64,000 nt of DNA from Squalus acanthias (GCA_030390025.1 CM059438.1:88102001-88166000), one strand, 5' to 3'; counted from the stretch's first letter, positions 10,601 to 25,600 are shown. The notes: a model not told the origin generated them from the letters alone. Translations and numbers: made by a program.

Positions 10601-13600
10601 AGATTGCATTCTGAGAGCCTTTAGTACTCGAAGGCATAATGTAGTGGATGTAGGGATCAGGAGGCTTGGGGGAAGAGGAGGAAGTTTTTGCTGGGCCTCG
10701 TTAGAAATCCTGGAAGCTTTCCTATCCATTATCCAGCATTATGTAACTCAACGATGGATGCCGAATCTGCATGTTTTGAATGGGTTGCTCATCTTAGCTG
10801 TTTGCAGAATAAATGTTTTACAGGCTAATAAAAATGTTTTTTATTTTATGTAGTTTACCTGCCTTTGTCATGAAGTTCATATTTTGCTAAACAGATCTCT
10901 GATCGAAACATGGAATTTGCAAAGTCTCATTCTCATTTCGATTTGTCAGAGGTCCTGATTCCTGAACCATACAATTTCTTGTGAAATTAGTTAATTGCTT
11001 ATTATCGTTCAACTAAAGCCTCCTTTTTTTTTCCATTTGAGTTTCTCTACTTTGTAATGCACATATATAAACTGTCAATAATGCGACATGAGCTGTTACC
11101 ATGGGGGAACATGGCCGTGAAAGGCTACTGTTTTGTGAGGTTAATCACAGCCTTTACAGAAATGCAATATTTGTGGAACATATCCGAAATATGACGTCTT
11201 TTCTGGTTTCTTTAACGCATACTGTAAATAGAGACCGCTTCCGTATAACTATTCTATGAATTTCAGCCATGGGTTTCAAGAAAATAAATATATGCTAAGC
11301 CATTGCCACTTCTGTGATGCAGGATTTTCCGTTGTTTTCACTCCTACCTCCCCTCATTCCACTTCAAATACTATGACCTCCACAGCTCTTCCCAGAATTC
11401 TCCTGGTCATTCTTTCTTTCATATTCCTCGTGCTAAACTGGATCCCCACTCCCTGGTCAGCTCAACCAGTTAATTTCTAGGCAGCCATTTTTCAGCCAGT
11501 CGCCTCCAACTGATGTGTTGACTCCCTGGGTATCTTCACTTCCTGAGTCACCCTGTAATCCTCCACCAGTGGTGAGCATATGTGCAGTCAACTAATTGCA
11601 CATGATTAACAAGTCAGTACTAAGTGTTTCAACATTAAAAAACACAGTTCAATGTATTAATCCAAAAGTGCTGTGACCATGAACCTTTTCCATTTGAAGT
11701 TGGTTAAATGCAGGTTGAAATTAACTCCTCTTTGTGATTATCTCTGTTGAGCAAAATCCCAACAGCACTAATTTTAAATATGGTTTTTATAAGACAGTCA
11801 TTGAGAAGAGCCATGTTGGGTCAAAAATGCTGTACTATTCTTACAATCTTAAAAAATTGGATCATTAAGTGTACGTACAGGTCAAGATTCAGATTAGACT
11901 CTTCAGCTGAAAACAACTAACAGCGAATGAACCTGGGACATTAGTTTAAAAAAATTGTTATTATACTTGTGCACAGGGCCAATAGGGGAGCACAGCTGTA
12001 TTCTTAAAAAAAAATATTTCCTAGTAACTGGTATATTTCAAATGTCTTCAGCAAAACCAGTGGACTAAGTAACTAAAGCAAAACATTCTTCAGTAACGTT
12101 CTCTCAAAGGTTTTAGCAAGGGGGGGGAGAATTCTAATGTTAAAAATGCCAAATACCAGTGTCATTGAAGCCTAGGCAACCGGCATCAGAAGGATTCCTG
12201 CTAGCACTGTTCATGCTGTCATGGCTCATGGGAATGGGCAACATATGTGGAGTGGGAGAGATAATTAACGACATGCTTTATTTGTGTGATTCATGCTCTG
12301 CTCTCGCCCCAGCAAGTGACTGCATTCAAAACATTCTAGGGCTGTTCCAGGCATGTCAGGCAGGCGGCTGAAGGCTGGTCATCTTGTTTCTTTGGATTGG
12401 GATCAACATGATGTCATAAACTGTAGTGGGGATGGGCATTAGATCGCAGTAAATTAATTTCTAGTTTCTTGATTTGATCTAAAATAATAATGAATTGGTC
12501 GGTTTTTTTCAAAAGCTTTTCTTTCTCCTTGAAAATAATTACTTACCTCCCATTATTAAAAGACCACTGATTTATTTGGTTTTTTTAGTAGTTGTGCTAC
12601 CTGTACTTTTTGACCCTAATATTTTGCCAAGTTAGAAGTGGTTACAACTTAAAAATGCGGTAAATCTAGAAATTGCAGTACCCTATAACTTGTTACATCT
12701 GTGAACTTGTTTGCACATCCATTTTAAGATTTTCATTTTTAAAAGTGGAATTGTGCACTGGTGTTAAATTATGGTGACTGACGGTCGAGAAATGGCCAAA
12801 TGAGCTGCTTGACAGTGATATTTAGTGTACAGTTGTAAATTTTAATGTTTTTAATTTTTCATGTTCTGTTTGTGTTTTTAAAGGCAGTATTTTTGGAACA
12901 TTACATCTTGCTCCTGCCCCAACAATTGAAAATGTATTCTCCCTCCCTCTCCTCTTCTGCCCCCCCGCAAAAAAAAAGTCCCCCTTTTCTACTGTCCAAT
13001 ACTTTGAAACACAGGTGATGAATTGCTAACCGCTCTCGTTCAGTGCTGTTTCTGAACTGAGATGTTAAGTATTTGAAGGTGGTGCGGATTAACTCTCCTC
13101 CAATAGTTTTCCCCCAGCTCAAATTAGGAACTTGCATGAGAGGAGCTGCAGGGAAAACTCTGCGTCCTATTTACTCCAAAAAAACAAAATATTAGTGCAC
13201 CGTGGAACTGTGCCAACTGTGTACCTTCAAATAGGCACAGGAAGGTTGAGCTGCCTTGGTTAACTGGCGATTATGATTGGTTTAGATACATCAGCGTTGC
13301 TGTGTTTTTTGGATTATTGCAGTAATAAGATTATTTTAACCAGTAATATTAACATGCTGACTGGACTGTAAAATGCATCTTGTTTAGATAGGATAAGTCG
13401 TGTATGAGAAACCGCAAATTAATTTGTCTCGCCATTAGTCACAGACCATGCTTGCCAAGAACAGTTGTTAGGTACAGCCTGTTGTGTTTAAGTCGTTACC
13501 TGATTGCTGACTGATTATTTTAAGATAACTAGTTTAAGAGCATAGATTTTCTGCCCTTTTTTGTTCATTTTTGTTAAGTGAGCTCCCTTAGTTCTAAATC

Positions 13601-16600
13601 CCTAGCATTTTGTCATAATTGTGCATTAATAATCTGTCTGGATCATACAGAAATAAACTCATATCACAAAATGCCTCTATTACTGAACTTTGTAAACTGG
13701 AGCATGCATTGGAGACTTTCAGAACAACTATATTGTGAGAATAATGTAACATAGTTACAATTTTACTTTCACTATTTGTAAAATGGTTTATTGTCATACA
13801 GTTTTTTAAAAAAGTGCACACGTTGGCTGCAGTCTATAAATGTTTGAAAAGCTTAATTTCTTAAAAGAATAAGGGGAGAAGTGTACAAGGGGGAGGGAAG
13901 AGAAAGACTGTATAGTCAAGGAGATGGAGCTGTCAAACATCTAAATTACAAGTGGTCACAAGGAGACTTTTTGAAGACAGTGAGTGAGAGAGCAAGTGAA
14001 GTGGTTTCGGGAGAGAATTTAAGGGTAGAGGCATAGTGACTTACTGCAGAGGGAGTATGAACAAGCCGTAGCCAAGAATGGGTGGTCCAGGTAGGGACAT
14101 ATGAATAGAGAAGATCATACGGTGGGGTAAGGCAGTAGAAGAGTTTGATGGTTATTATTAGGATCTTTAAATTGATTCACTGGGCACAGGAAACCTCGAG
14201 TTTGGCAAGGGTCAGGGTGATGGTCATGCAGGACTTTGTGTGGGAGAAAATAGTCGGGGTGGAGTTTGGGATTCGCTGAAGATTGTAAAAGGAAGGTGGG
14301 GGTGGGTGGGGGTGGTTTGGTGGCCTGCATTGGAGAAACAAATCCTGGATATGATGAAGAAATGCATTTAAGACCAGTGGGGGAGAGAAAATGTTCCACA
14401 GGTGAAAGAATCTGGTCTCCAATTGGACTGATGGTTTAGTCAGCAAGTATAGAATAGCCTTGAAGTTGACAGCGGTGGCAGTGAAGCCACATTGGTGGTA
14501 TCTCCGCACATGGGGAAACCTGACGTAGTGTGTGGGGTTAATGTCATCAAGAGATAACCTCTAACAGGTGAAAAGGAAGAGACCGGAGGTGTGCAACATG
14601 AGGAACCATGGTCACAATCACAGATGATGTTGTCTTTGACTGGGAGAGGCTCAGTGCTGTGGGTGTGGTGGAAATTGGATTGGAGGCACTCGAGCATGGA
14701 GTGGTGAAAGAGGTGAGCATGACTGGTTGGCTACAGCATCTTCAAAGACCTGGGAGAGAAAGGGCAGGCATAGAAGGACAGAAAAGTTCACAATCAAACT
14801 TAAAAGAAATCATTCAGATGATTCAGTTTTATAAACTATAATGCACACAGGAGACTAGTTTAAAAAAAAAAAAGTATATTACATTTATGCAGTAATTTTA
14901 CTCTCTAAGGTACCATTTTGGCAGTTTCTGCAGAATGACCTACTACTGTTGGAATTTTGTACTGTGTTCTGAAAATACTATTGCAGACCAAATTCAGGAC
15001 AGGTGGAGGAAAGTCTATACACTGAACATTGAAACTGAAGAATAGCTTTGGTTTGTTTGCAGTGTAAGTGAGGGGTTTGTTTGCAGTGTAAGTGAGGGGG
15101 TTTAAATGTGTATCATAAGGGTGATGGTTCTGGTGCTGTTTAGGATTAGTAATTCAGAGTACTGAAAATCCTTTGCCATTTTCAAATTATACATATTTCC
15201 TGTTATGTAGCATTTGGAATAAAATTGCAGAGCGAGCAATGGTATCGATATTCATCTTTCCTGATTTGATTAAAATTCAATGTGTATTTTAAATATAAAG
15301 CTAACACATTTTTAAATTATTTAAAATGATATGCTAATGTTCAACAAAAAAACACAAGACTGGAGATATATTGGAGCTGCTGAATTTTGAATAATGTAAT
15401 GCTCTTCAGATCAAGTTATAAACTTATGGGGTGCTCTCTTTAAAATAAATTGTACATCACCATTGCTGCAAGAAGTTGTTGAGTTTCAACCCCCATGGAC
15501 CAGGTTGAGAAGTTCTTAATCCCCCATTTGAGGGTGGGGGGCACTGGATGGCACCCAACTTTGTGTAAGTTCACAAAAGCAAAATAGTGCGGATGTTGGA
15601 AATTGGAAATAAAAACAAAATGCTGGAAATACTCAGCAGGTCAGGCAGCATCTGTGGAGAGAGAAAAACAAAGTTAATGTTTCAGATCGATGACCTTTCA
15701 TCAGATGTTAGAGATGTAATGGGTTTTAAGCAAGTACAGAGGCAGGGAATTGGGGGAGGGAAGGGAAGGTCTGTGATGGGGTGGAAGGCAGGAGAGATTA
15801 AATGACAAAAGGGGTGATGCAAGGCAAAAGGGGATGGCAATGGGACAAGTAAAGAAACAAAAGATAGGTCTAGAGGAGGTGTAAATGGAGAATCATTGCC
15901 AACAGCTGCCATCTGGAAAAAATGGGGGGCAGTGGTTATGATTTGAATTGTTGAACTATTTAAGTCCGGAAGGCTATAACGTGCCTAATCGAAAGATGAG
16001 GTGCTGTTTCTCAAACTTACGTTGAGCTTCATTGGAACAGTGTAGGAGGCCAAGGACAGAGAGGTGGTAGTGGGGCAGAGAATTAAAAAGACTGATGACC
16101 AGAAGTTTGGGGTCAGGCTTGCAGACTGAACGGAACTGTTCCACAAAGCGATCACCCAATCTGCGATTGGTCTCCCCAATGTAGAGGGGACCGCATCGTG
16201 AGCAGCGAATACAGTATACTAAATTGAAAGAAATACAAGTAAATCGCTGTTTCACCTGGAAGGAGTGTTTGGGGCCCTGGAAAGAGGGAAGGGAGGAGGT
16301 AAAAGGGCAGGTGTTGCATCTCCTACGTTTGCATGGGAAGGGGAGGGGGTGATTGTAGGGTGGGCAAGGGTGTTGCGGAGGGAACGGTCCCTTCAGAATA
16401 CTGAAAGGGGAGGGGAAGATGTGTTTGCAGGTGGCATTACGCTGGAGATGGCTGAGGATGATCCGTCAAATGTGGAGGCTGGTGAGGTGGAAGGTGAGGA
16501 CAAGCTTCATTGGAACATTGAAACCCTATCGTGGTTCTGGGAGGGAGGGAGGGGTGAGAAGTACTGCGGGAAATGGGACGGACACGGTCTAGGGCCATGT

Positions 16601-19600
16601 CAATCACGGTGGAGGGGAATCCTCGGTTGATGAAAAAGGAAGACATATTGGAAGCACTGGTATGGAAGGTGACATCGTCAGAATAGATAGGACGGAGACT
16701 GAGAAACTGGGAGAATGGAAGAGAGTCCTTTGAGGAAGCGGGGTGGAAGGAAGTGTAATCAAGGTAGCTATGGGAGCCAGTGGGCTTATAGTGGATATTG
16801 GTCGATAGCCTATCCCCAGAAGTGGAGATAGAGAAGTCGAGGAAGGGAAGAGTCTGAAATGGACCATGTGAAGGTGAGGGAAGGGTAGAAATTGGAAGCA
16901 AAGTTGATTAAATTTTCCAGTAAGGGGTGAAAGCAGGAAACTGCACCGATACAGTCATCAATGTACCGGAAAAAGAGGTGAGGGAGGAGACTTGAGTAGG
17001 ACTGGAACAAAGAATGTTCCACCTATGCCACGAAAAGGCAGGCATGACTCGGACCCATACGGGTTCCCATAGCAACACCTGTTTTTTGGAGTAAGTGAGT
17101 GGAGTCAAAGGAGAAGTTGTCAGTGTGAGAACCAGTTCAGCCAGGCGAAGGAAGAGGGTGGTGGTGGATGGGGACTTGTGGACCTCAGTTCAAGGAAGTG
17201 GAGAGCCCTTTGTGTAAGCTTGCATTGTGGGAGAGCAAAGCGCTGCAGATACTTGAAGAATCCGTGATGTCACACTGGCATCGTGACCTGATATTTGCAT
17301 CGAAGTGTCATGATATTTTTCCATCCTGTCTGGATTCAGTAGCTGCAGTGGACATTAATTGGCACCCCTTAACCACCTAGAATGCCAGCTGTATGCTCGT
17401 TCCAGACCCTATTCGGGCAGTTCATGGCAATGAGGTTGGAAAGTAGTTACGTCTAATGCGGTGCTAGTTCTCAATTGGAAGTTTCACTTGGGTACTATTC
17501 ACCATCATTCTTAAGCTAATTACCTAGACCTTTAATTCAATATGGCTTAATTATCATTCATCGATATGAAAGATTTCTACTTTCTTAAATTGTTTAATCA
17601 TATCTAATGATCACTGTTTTAACATTCTGCCAGTAATAATGCACCCTTCTAAACCTACCCTCCCAAAAAAACCTTTCATATTCATTTGCACATCTATGGT
17701 TGGTAAGTTTCACGCAGGGGGGACATTAAGTTCAACAACAACAATTTGCATTTATATAGCGCTTTTAAAGTAGTAAAACTTCTCGAGGCGCTTCACAGGA
17801 GCGATATTATCAAACAAAATTTGAAACTGAGCCACATTAGATACTAGCTCAGTTGACCAAAAACTTGGTCGACGTGGTCGGTTTTAAACAGTCTTAAAGG
17901 AGGCGAGAGGCAGAGAGGTTTAGGGAGGGAGTTCCAGAGCTTAGGGCCTAGGCAGTTGGAGGCATGGCCGCCAACGGTGGAGCGATAAAAATCGGGGCTC
18001 TGCCAGAGGCCAGAATTGGAGGAGCGCAGAGCTCTCAGGGTTGCAGAGTTGGAGATAGTTACAGAGGTGGTGGAGGAACAGGACATAGAGGAATTTGAAA
18101 ACCAGGATGAGAATTTTGAAATCGAGGCATTGCTGGACTGGGAGCCACTGTAGGTGTGTGAGCGGGACTTGGTGCAAGTTCAGATACGGGCAGCAGAGTT
18201 TTGGAGGAGCTCAAGTTTACGGAGGGATGGGATGCCGGCCAATGATGTCACTTTGCTGCTGTGCAGTCTTTTAACTTGGGGTAGCAACACGATCTTGAGA
18301 ACCAAGATAAGTAAATCAAGCAGATATAAATATATTGGATTCTTTTTCCAACACACGTCTGGATTATCCAGTCAATTGGTGTTTCATTACGACAGATTTC
18401 AGTTGAGTCTGTTAAGTTACAGCAGCATTAATTAGTAACTGCCTTGTTATGAAGGTTGTGGATAAATAAATGGAGCTGCAACTTCAGATTTATTATGCAC
18501 AGACATGCACTGTACCAATCTGTGACATTATAAAACTTCGACTTCCTTATAAAATCCTCCATTCAATGGCCATATTTAATTTCTCTGGTTCAAATAAATG
18601 CTAATCTACATAAATGTTTGTCGACAAAGAAATGTTTATTTTGCAAGCATAATAGTTACATAATACCCAGTTAAAAATGCTTCACAAATAATGGAACAGT
18701 AGATAAATGTACAGTTAAGACACTTGTACGAGCTATGCCAAAAGACTGAAGTATTTTTGATATTTGGGGCCCCAGTGTAGCCCAAATCTATGTAAGTGCT
18801 ATCTTAAATGGTAGACAAAACAATTGCATCTACAGACTCACATCGTTGTGATATTATTCATGTAGTGTGGAAAAAATGGCCAAGTACATTCTCTGCCAGC
18901 TAAATAATATAAATACAATCGATACTGCCGTGCACTTGGACAGGCTTTTCTGTTTCGCTTTACAGATTTCAGCATTTCCTCTTGGTTGTCCTACAAATCA
19001 GTTGTGCCATTTTTAATATTATATAAACGCAGAGAGGTCTGAGAACAAATTGTTGCCGCCAGATTTTAGATTATCTGTACGAGTGTGGTGTTAATGGTAG
19101 ATGTAGAATAGTTCAGGGCCTCACTGTTTCCCCCCGCTCATAATGGGTGGAGCCGCTAGATTGTGAGCCATATACTGGTTTAAGAGTATTCTATAAGTTC
19201 ATGTCATTCTGGTCAGTATAGGACTGGTAATTCATCTGTAACTTTGCTACAGCAGGTATCGCACACGAGTTCAATCTGGACTTGTTTACGAATGTTATCA
19301 TGCGTTTGATCTTCTTGATTGATGACTTGTCCGTTATACCTGATGAGTGCAGGTGGTGTTTTTCATCAGGTAGCCTTTTTATATCATTTTCATCAAACCA
19401 GTCCTAGTGTTTACGGATTGTTGGGCCCACGACTTTCAAAGCTGCATTGTGGACTGCATCTCTGAAGCAGTTCCCGTCAGCTTCAACGTCACCAGAAGCT
19501 GTACTTACAGTGATAAAATGGTTTTTAATAGCTGTGCAGAGTTCTTGTCTTGAGCAAACAGACTTGAGTTTGCTCACATTTAACAGTTTTTTTTTGCCTT

Positions 19601-22600
19601 AGGGCCTCCAAGGAGGTTTAATGTGAATGATGAGTTTTGGACGAATAAGGCAATGGTCTGTCCAACATTCAGCACCTCATTCCTTTGGTGATCGTGACAT
19701 TGTGTATTGTCTTTTTTTACTGACTAAGATGTAATCAATCAAATGCCAGTGAATAAACTCATTAAACCATCAGGAAAGCCCCCAAACTGTCTGTTCATCC
19801 AGTGGGAACATGATATGTGGTGCAAGAGAATAAATGCAAGTGTAAAACAATCCAAAAGATTCAGGGGGTTAGTTGGAAATGTTGCATAGTTCATTAGCCC
19901 GTATTTTCCGATCCCTACGAGTGTGTACGAGCTGTGTACACACCCGTAGGGACCTCGCAAGTGCCGGTTTCAGGCATGCGAAGCACATGCGCTGAAAACC
20001 GGCACTTCCGATACAGATCCTGCGCCTGCCCTGGAGAAGGGCCTCCGTGGGTGGAGAGTTCCGCTTTCTGCAGAACCTCCGCCCGCTGAAAACCCTTAAA
20101 AATCTTACGCCTGGTAAAAGCAGGCGTAAGGCCTGCTTTTACCAGCATAAGAGTTTATAAAAGTAAAAAAAATAATTTTTTTCACTCATTTATAATTTAA
20201 AAATACTTTTTAAAAAAAGGTAAGTTTAATTTTAGCCCCGTAAAAATCTTTAATTTTTTTTTCAAAAAATTAAATTTTTGTTTAAAATATTTAATTTAAT
20301 GTAATTTTAACTAATTTTAAAAACGTGGTTTTTTTAAAATTTAATATTTTGATGTGTTTTTTGTGATCCCCATTCATACTTTTGATGGGTCTAAGCTGAG
20401 ACACCTGTCAAAACTGTGAAGGGGGATTCCCTGCTTCCCTTGGTTCCCCATGACCCACGTGATCCCAGGGACGCTTGAGAACCGCCTGTGCCCCTGGGAT
20501 ACCTGGGCCCTGCACATTTCGTAGAGCAGAGGCCCAGGAGCGGAAATGTCCGAACCTCCGGAGCCCTCGGGTAAGGGCGTAGATTTTTTCCAGATAGGCG
20601 GCCTCCGCACGCAGGCAGCCTCCGATCGGAAAATACGGGTTTCCGACATTCTACATAAATAAGGACTACTAGACAGCGGTGCACATTTTCCCCTCCACCG
20701 GCCAAAGTCTTGGATGAGTCCACACTCCTCTGAGCTCATTTTCCCCCCAACCTACCAGTGTTTATAGAGCAAAATTAACTTATGACAATTATTATGCTAA
20801 GCTTTTACTAAAAGCAGCAAAAACAGATCAACAAGAAGATGCATGCCGATCCACCAACTTGTCCATGCAAAATCTTGATATAATCTGAGTTTGTGATTCG
20901 AATGCAATCCATTGCTTTCTACATACAGAAGTTGCACTCTATTAGCGATAATGATTTGATTGAATTGACAAACTTACTTTTGTGTCCAAAAACAAAAAAT
21001 GAGTTAGGGGAAAGTTGTCATACTTTCAAGCTAAGTAAAAGTATACAAAATATGATTAGAGCTAGCTCGTTGACTTCCCTCTACTTACATATTCTCTGGT
21101 TAGTCTGTGAATCATTGCCGTCTGCTTCCTCATCAGCCTGCATTGATTCCTCGTCGGACCCAATAAGATCATGGGTATCTTGAGACTGACCAGAAACACT
21201 GCTGTCACAGCTGCAGCTAGATGTTGTAGCCGGTTCAATAATAGTGGTAGAGTTGAAAGTAGTCTTAATAGGATTATGACTGTTGCAACTTACGTTGGGT
21301 AAATCCAACTGTAAAACTGACGATGGTATGACATTTTGAGAGTTCGTCGAATCTGGATGCCTGTACATTTTCTGTAGATCACCATCTATGATTTCTATGA
21401 GTTTGAAAGGCATCTCTCTCGATTGTTTCTGTCAAAAAGCTTAGAATGATTAACATTTTAGAATTTTTGTCTGAATACACCAAGCACTTGTATTTAAATA
21501 GTATTTTTTAGTCTTGAACTGACCATGGTTACTTTGCAACACTTTGTGGCTTTCACACTGGTATGAAACTAAACCATTAGGCTTGCCACATGACTGTTTG
21601 CTCTGTTCAAACCAATGCTGTGAACAAACAGCGCAGTCTAAACTTGCCGCTGTTGAATGGGGAAAATGCCGCTCAATATATCTCACAAATTGATCACATA
21701 GAGAAGAAATAAATGTAGTCAGAAAGACTTGGGTACATGGTGGGGGGAAGGGGAAATTATCTTTAAAAGAAATTGCTTTTAAGCAACTTACTATACTGTG
21801 GGATTGTCTGATTTTTATATTTGACCTGTGAACCTCTCGTTTTTCTCTTTCTCCTCAGTTCAAGTCGGTTTTTAGGTCCTATTCGCAGGACTTTGTTCCT
21901 CACCATCACACCTCTGCATCTCCTTCTCTCTGCACTATCTCCTCCCACTTTCCAGCTGTGCACCAATCGAGGAGCTCCGATCTAACTTTACCGGGCTCGG
22001 CTGGCATAGTGAAAGCTACGGAACTGCTGGACTGCTCTCATGACAATGCAAAGCCCGTTCCTGTCTGCCTCCCTCCTGAATCTGCTTTTCCCACCTCTCT
22101 CCAAACTTCTTCGGTGAGAACTGCTTATGAATGCTTTAGTGCTTTTCAAATCCTGCACTCTTTTATAAGACTCCCCTAAAAAACTGTGATTGGGGTAGGG
22201 GAATTCAGTTAACATCTTTAAATTTATTCCCCCCACTTACAACCAAATAAGCTTGCTTTAAATGTACAATGTCTGTTTGTATGCCGTCCGTTCAAATTAA
22301 AATCTTCTGCTCCAAAGTAAGTTTTAAAAAAAAAATAAGGATGTTTGCAAGATGTCACTCAGCATTTAAAAGCAAATGGTCTATTGGTAAGAAAAAGTAC
22401 AATTTCAGCACTGCTGATGATTTGGATTTAATAAAAAAAAACAATGTTTATCATGTTCCTTACTGTGGAATCACTTGAGGAATCACATCGGGTGAAGTAT
22501 AAGCCAGACAGTCCAGTTTTCTCGGCTTGTCACCAGCTTTTACTGCCAACCCCCCAACCATAGAGTATCCCCATTACCACACCAACCATTCTTGGATTCT

Positions 22601-25600
22601 AAAATTTTCAAATTGCCCAATTGTGGTGTAGGCCCACACCCATGAGGAACTACACTGAGTCCCAAACATGGAGAGACTTGCCTTCTAACATTTGGGTGCT
22701 TTTGTCTCATCAGTCTGGGCTGGCTTTGAATCCTGGTCTCAAAGGTGAAAGAATACTGCACCATCCAATACTTCTCTCCCCACCAGTCCCTGTTTGTTTT
22801 GTTGTTTTTTCCACTCCCTATCTTTTCAATGAGAGATTGTATAACCAGACATGCTGATCTGAACTTGGTCTGTAAATAGGAGCCCTGCTTTTTCATGTTT
22901 ATTTCTTGTTGAAATCTTCAATCCATTATAATGAAAACCTTTGCCTTGGCCCAAACTGTAAAGCTGATGGTAAAAGCTTTTTTCTAAGAAAAATGTAAAA
23001 TTATTTAACAATTGTAAACTTTTTTGGATTACAGTCCACTGAGTTGTTTATGTGCTTTAAAAAATCAAATTGTCCAATAATTTAAATTAAACACAGCAAA
23101 GTGGGAATTTAGTGGTTTAAAATATTAATTCAGATAATTTGAATTAAGAGGAGTAAACTGTATACTAACGCCAAACATTCAGTAAAACATCGAGCTTAAC
23201 GCTGCCTATTTCTGGGAAATTGTTGGGTGTTGGTAGTAAGACCACTAGGAAGAAGTAGTTTCTCTCTATTGACGTAGCTGGTGTTCAACCAACTTCTCCT
23301 ATTTAAAACCTGCTATTTAGAAAGTACTTGGGCAGAGTGCTATTCCGTAGTTGCATTCCCAGTACTAGCAGAGGGCCGATGATCCTGCCGGTTCCTTTCA
23401 TGCATTGAAATTTTCACAACCATCAGAGGCTGGTAGGTAAAGCTGTGCACATGATTTTCCCGATTTCAGTGTTGTAAAACTGGGCAATATTCTCCAGCTA
23501 GCTACTCAAAAATACTCGAGTCCTGCAGTGCTTGGATCAGTGTAATTAGGTATTTGACACACAGACATTAGGGCATTATTTAGTTAGATGACTTTCTGGC
23601 ATTAGTTTGTTTCTTTAAAAAAAAAAATAGCTTTGTTAAGCAGTAATCCTCAATAAACAGGGTTGAATTTTAATTATAATTCAGCTAGTTGGCTATGTTT
23701 TTAATGCACCTTCTGCCAGGTTAAGCTGTAATGTGTATGTAGATGGAGTGAGCATTGCATAGCACAAAGATGTCTTTTTTAAGGAAATTTCATTAAATTA
23801 CTCTGGAAAACCAATGTACAGGTATATAATTCAAGAATAAAACTTTGCTGTAAAAAGGAAATAATTGAGTTCTAGATTTTAAGGCAAGAATATCACCACA
23901 GAACTCCAGAAGTTCTTTGATAGCCCCTTCCAAAAAAAGAGAGAAACCACTGCTCAAATATTGTCTCAACCAGATGAACTCTCAAATGGCTACAGGCCAT
24001 TAACCTGCGGTTTGTCTAATTGTTTAGCTGCAAACAGGATAATTTATGGAACTCTGTAGCCAAGCTTAGTTTTTCCTGTTTTAAGTTTGTTTTTGTTATT
24101 GTTAGCTTTTTACTTGGTCTCCCCAAATTTGTTGTGTTTTAATTTGGTCAAAGTAGGTGTCGAGTAGCACACAGAATTCACACAGGAAAGGAATTACAGG
24201 CATGCTGAATCTCAGGGTGTCACATTTCTGGGCGCAATCATGCAGTCAGGGTTCTAAAATCAGACTGAGTTAATGGAGAGCAATTGCGGTGAATATTTTG
24301 GGTGTTTTTCTAATGTTCAACGTAGCAGATTCCTTGCAGGTTTGATGGATTTTTATCAGTTAAACCTGAAAAGTGGAAATCCTAATTATTCAGCTTTGCC
24401 TAAGTCGCACACGTTCTACAAACTTAAATGTTTGTCCTCGCCTTTGTTTCATATCTGTTAATTGCATACGGCTGGCTGTTCACCCATCCGATCGTTTGCT
24501 GATCTGTAATTCTGTGCAAACAAGTACATTAACCTGTTGCCTGAAGCCCTGCGTGCTGTAGAAGACGTCTATAAATAGGTTTGTTTTTCTTCAAACGTGC
24601 AGTCCTATCGTCACTCAGAACTGATCCAGGTTATACACTAATATATTGCAATTTGACCCATTATATCACAGTATTTGTTATTAGAATTTTTGTTGAGTTG
24701 ATTCTTATACCACCATATAATTTCTATATATGTTATCCCAGATTGATTTTTAAGAGTATATATATATTTTGCACAAATTATGTGGAGCAAGAATTTAACC
24801 TTTGCTGAAGTATAGCAGTCTGCTGTTAAGCAAAGTTAACATTTCTGCAGGACAGAGGCCAGCTAAAGAAACAACAAAATGGTGGCAAATGGATTGCAAC
24901 TAATCCTATGGACTGCTGAAAATAATCTGGTTCGAGAATTCTATCCTAGACAGAAGTAGCAATGCTTCACAGACTGATTCAGATAAAGTAACAACTTTTT
25001 TTCTATAATAATGTTGATGGGCAGCTTTTTTTTTTGAAGGCCACTGACTTTTTTGTCTTTTATTAGTCACGTCATCTAGTGACCCTAAGGCCGGCCTGTT
25101 GCCGAGGTTCACCTCTGTGTACACTGTGTAATATTTAATTCATTATTTCTTATGATTTTTCTCAAGTATTTCTTATGGGTGATTTACATTTTGTTGCTTG
25201 GGATATTTACATAATGAAAGGAAGCAAGAGTGTTTTATTTTACTCTATATATTGAAAGGGGAATGAGTCTTTCAAAATACTGTACTGTGAAGTCTGTGGT
25301 GTGTCACAAGGGTGCTGTAAATAATTGAAAATTCATTTATTGGTGATTGATTATCAAAAGGTATTTTTTCCCCCAACTTCATTTTTGGGTGTGGTTTTGG
25401 TGAGAAATGTACCACAAATCAGCAGGACCTAAAAATAACCCCACAATATTTGGTATCTTTGAAATGTTTGTGTTGAAACTTCTAACTTTGGTGCCCATGA
25501 GGTTTTCTTCATTTGGTTTAACTTTTAAAAAAAATTAAATAATTGATGTGGAAAATAAACATTCAAAATCTAGACAGAAATAAAAACTGGAAATCTGAAA

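Noticed and set aside
12884-13014. Possible exon (good acceptor, open frame, CAG|GTGATG)
   Set aside because: 131 nt, asymmetric phase, weak donor, and homopolymer runs typical of intron sequence.
15051-15098. 24-bp tandem duplication containing GTAAGT
   Set aside because: Only two units; a simple slippage duplication with no exon context.
19338-19372. tacctgatga/tcatcaggta hairpin with CUGAUGA as a hammerhead or snoRNA
   Set aside because: No properly placed stem II-GAAA; it lies inside an RTE remnant and is probably chance.
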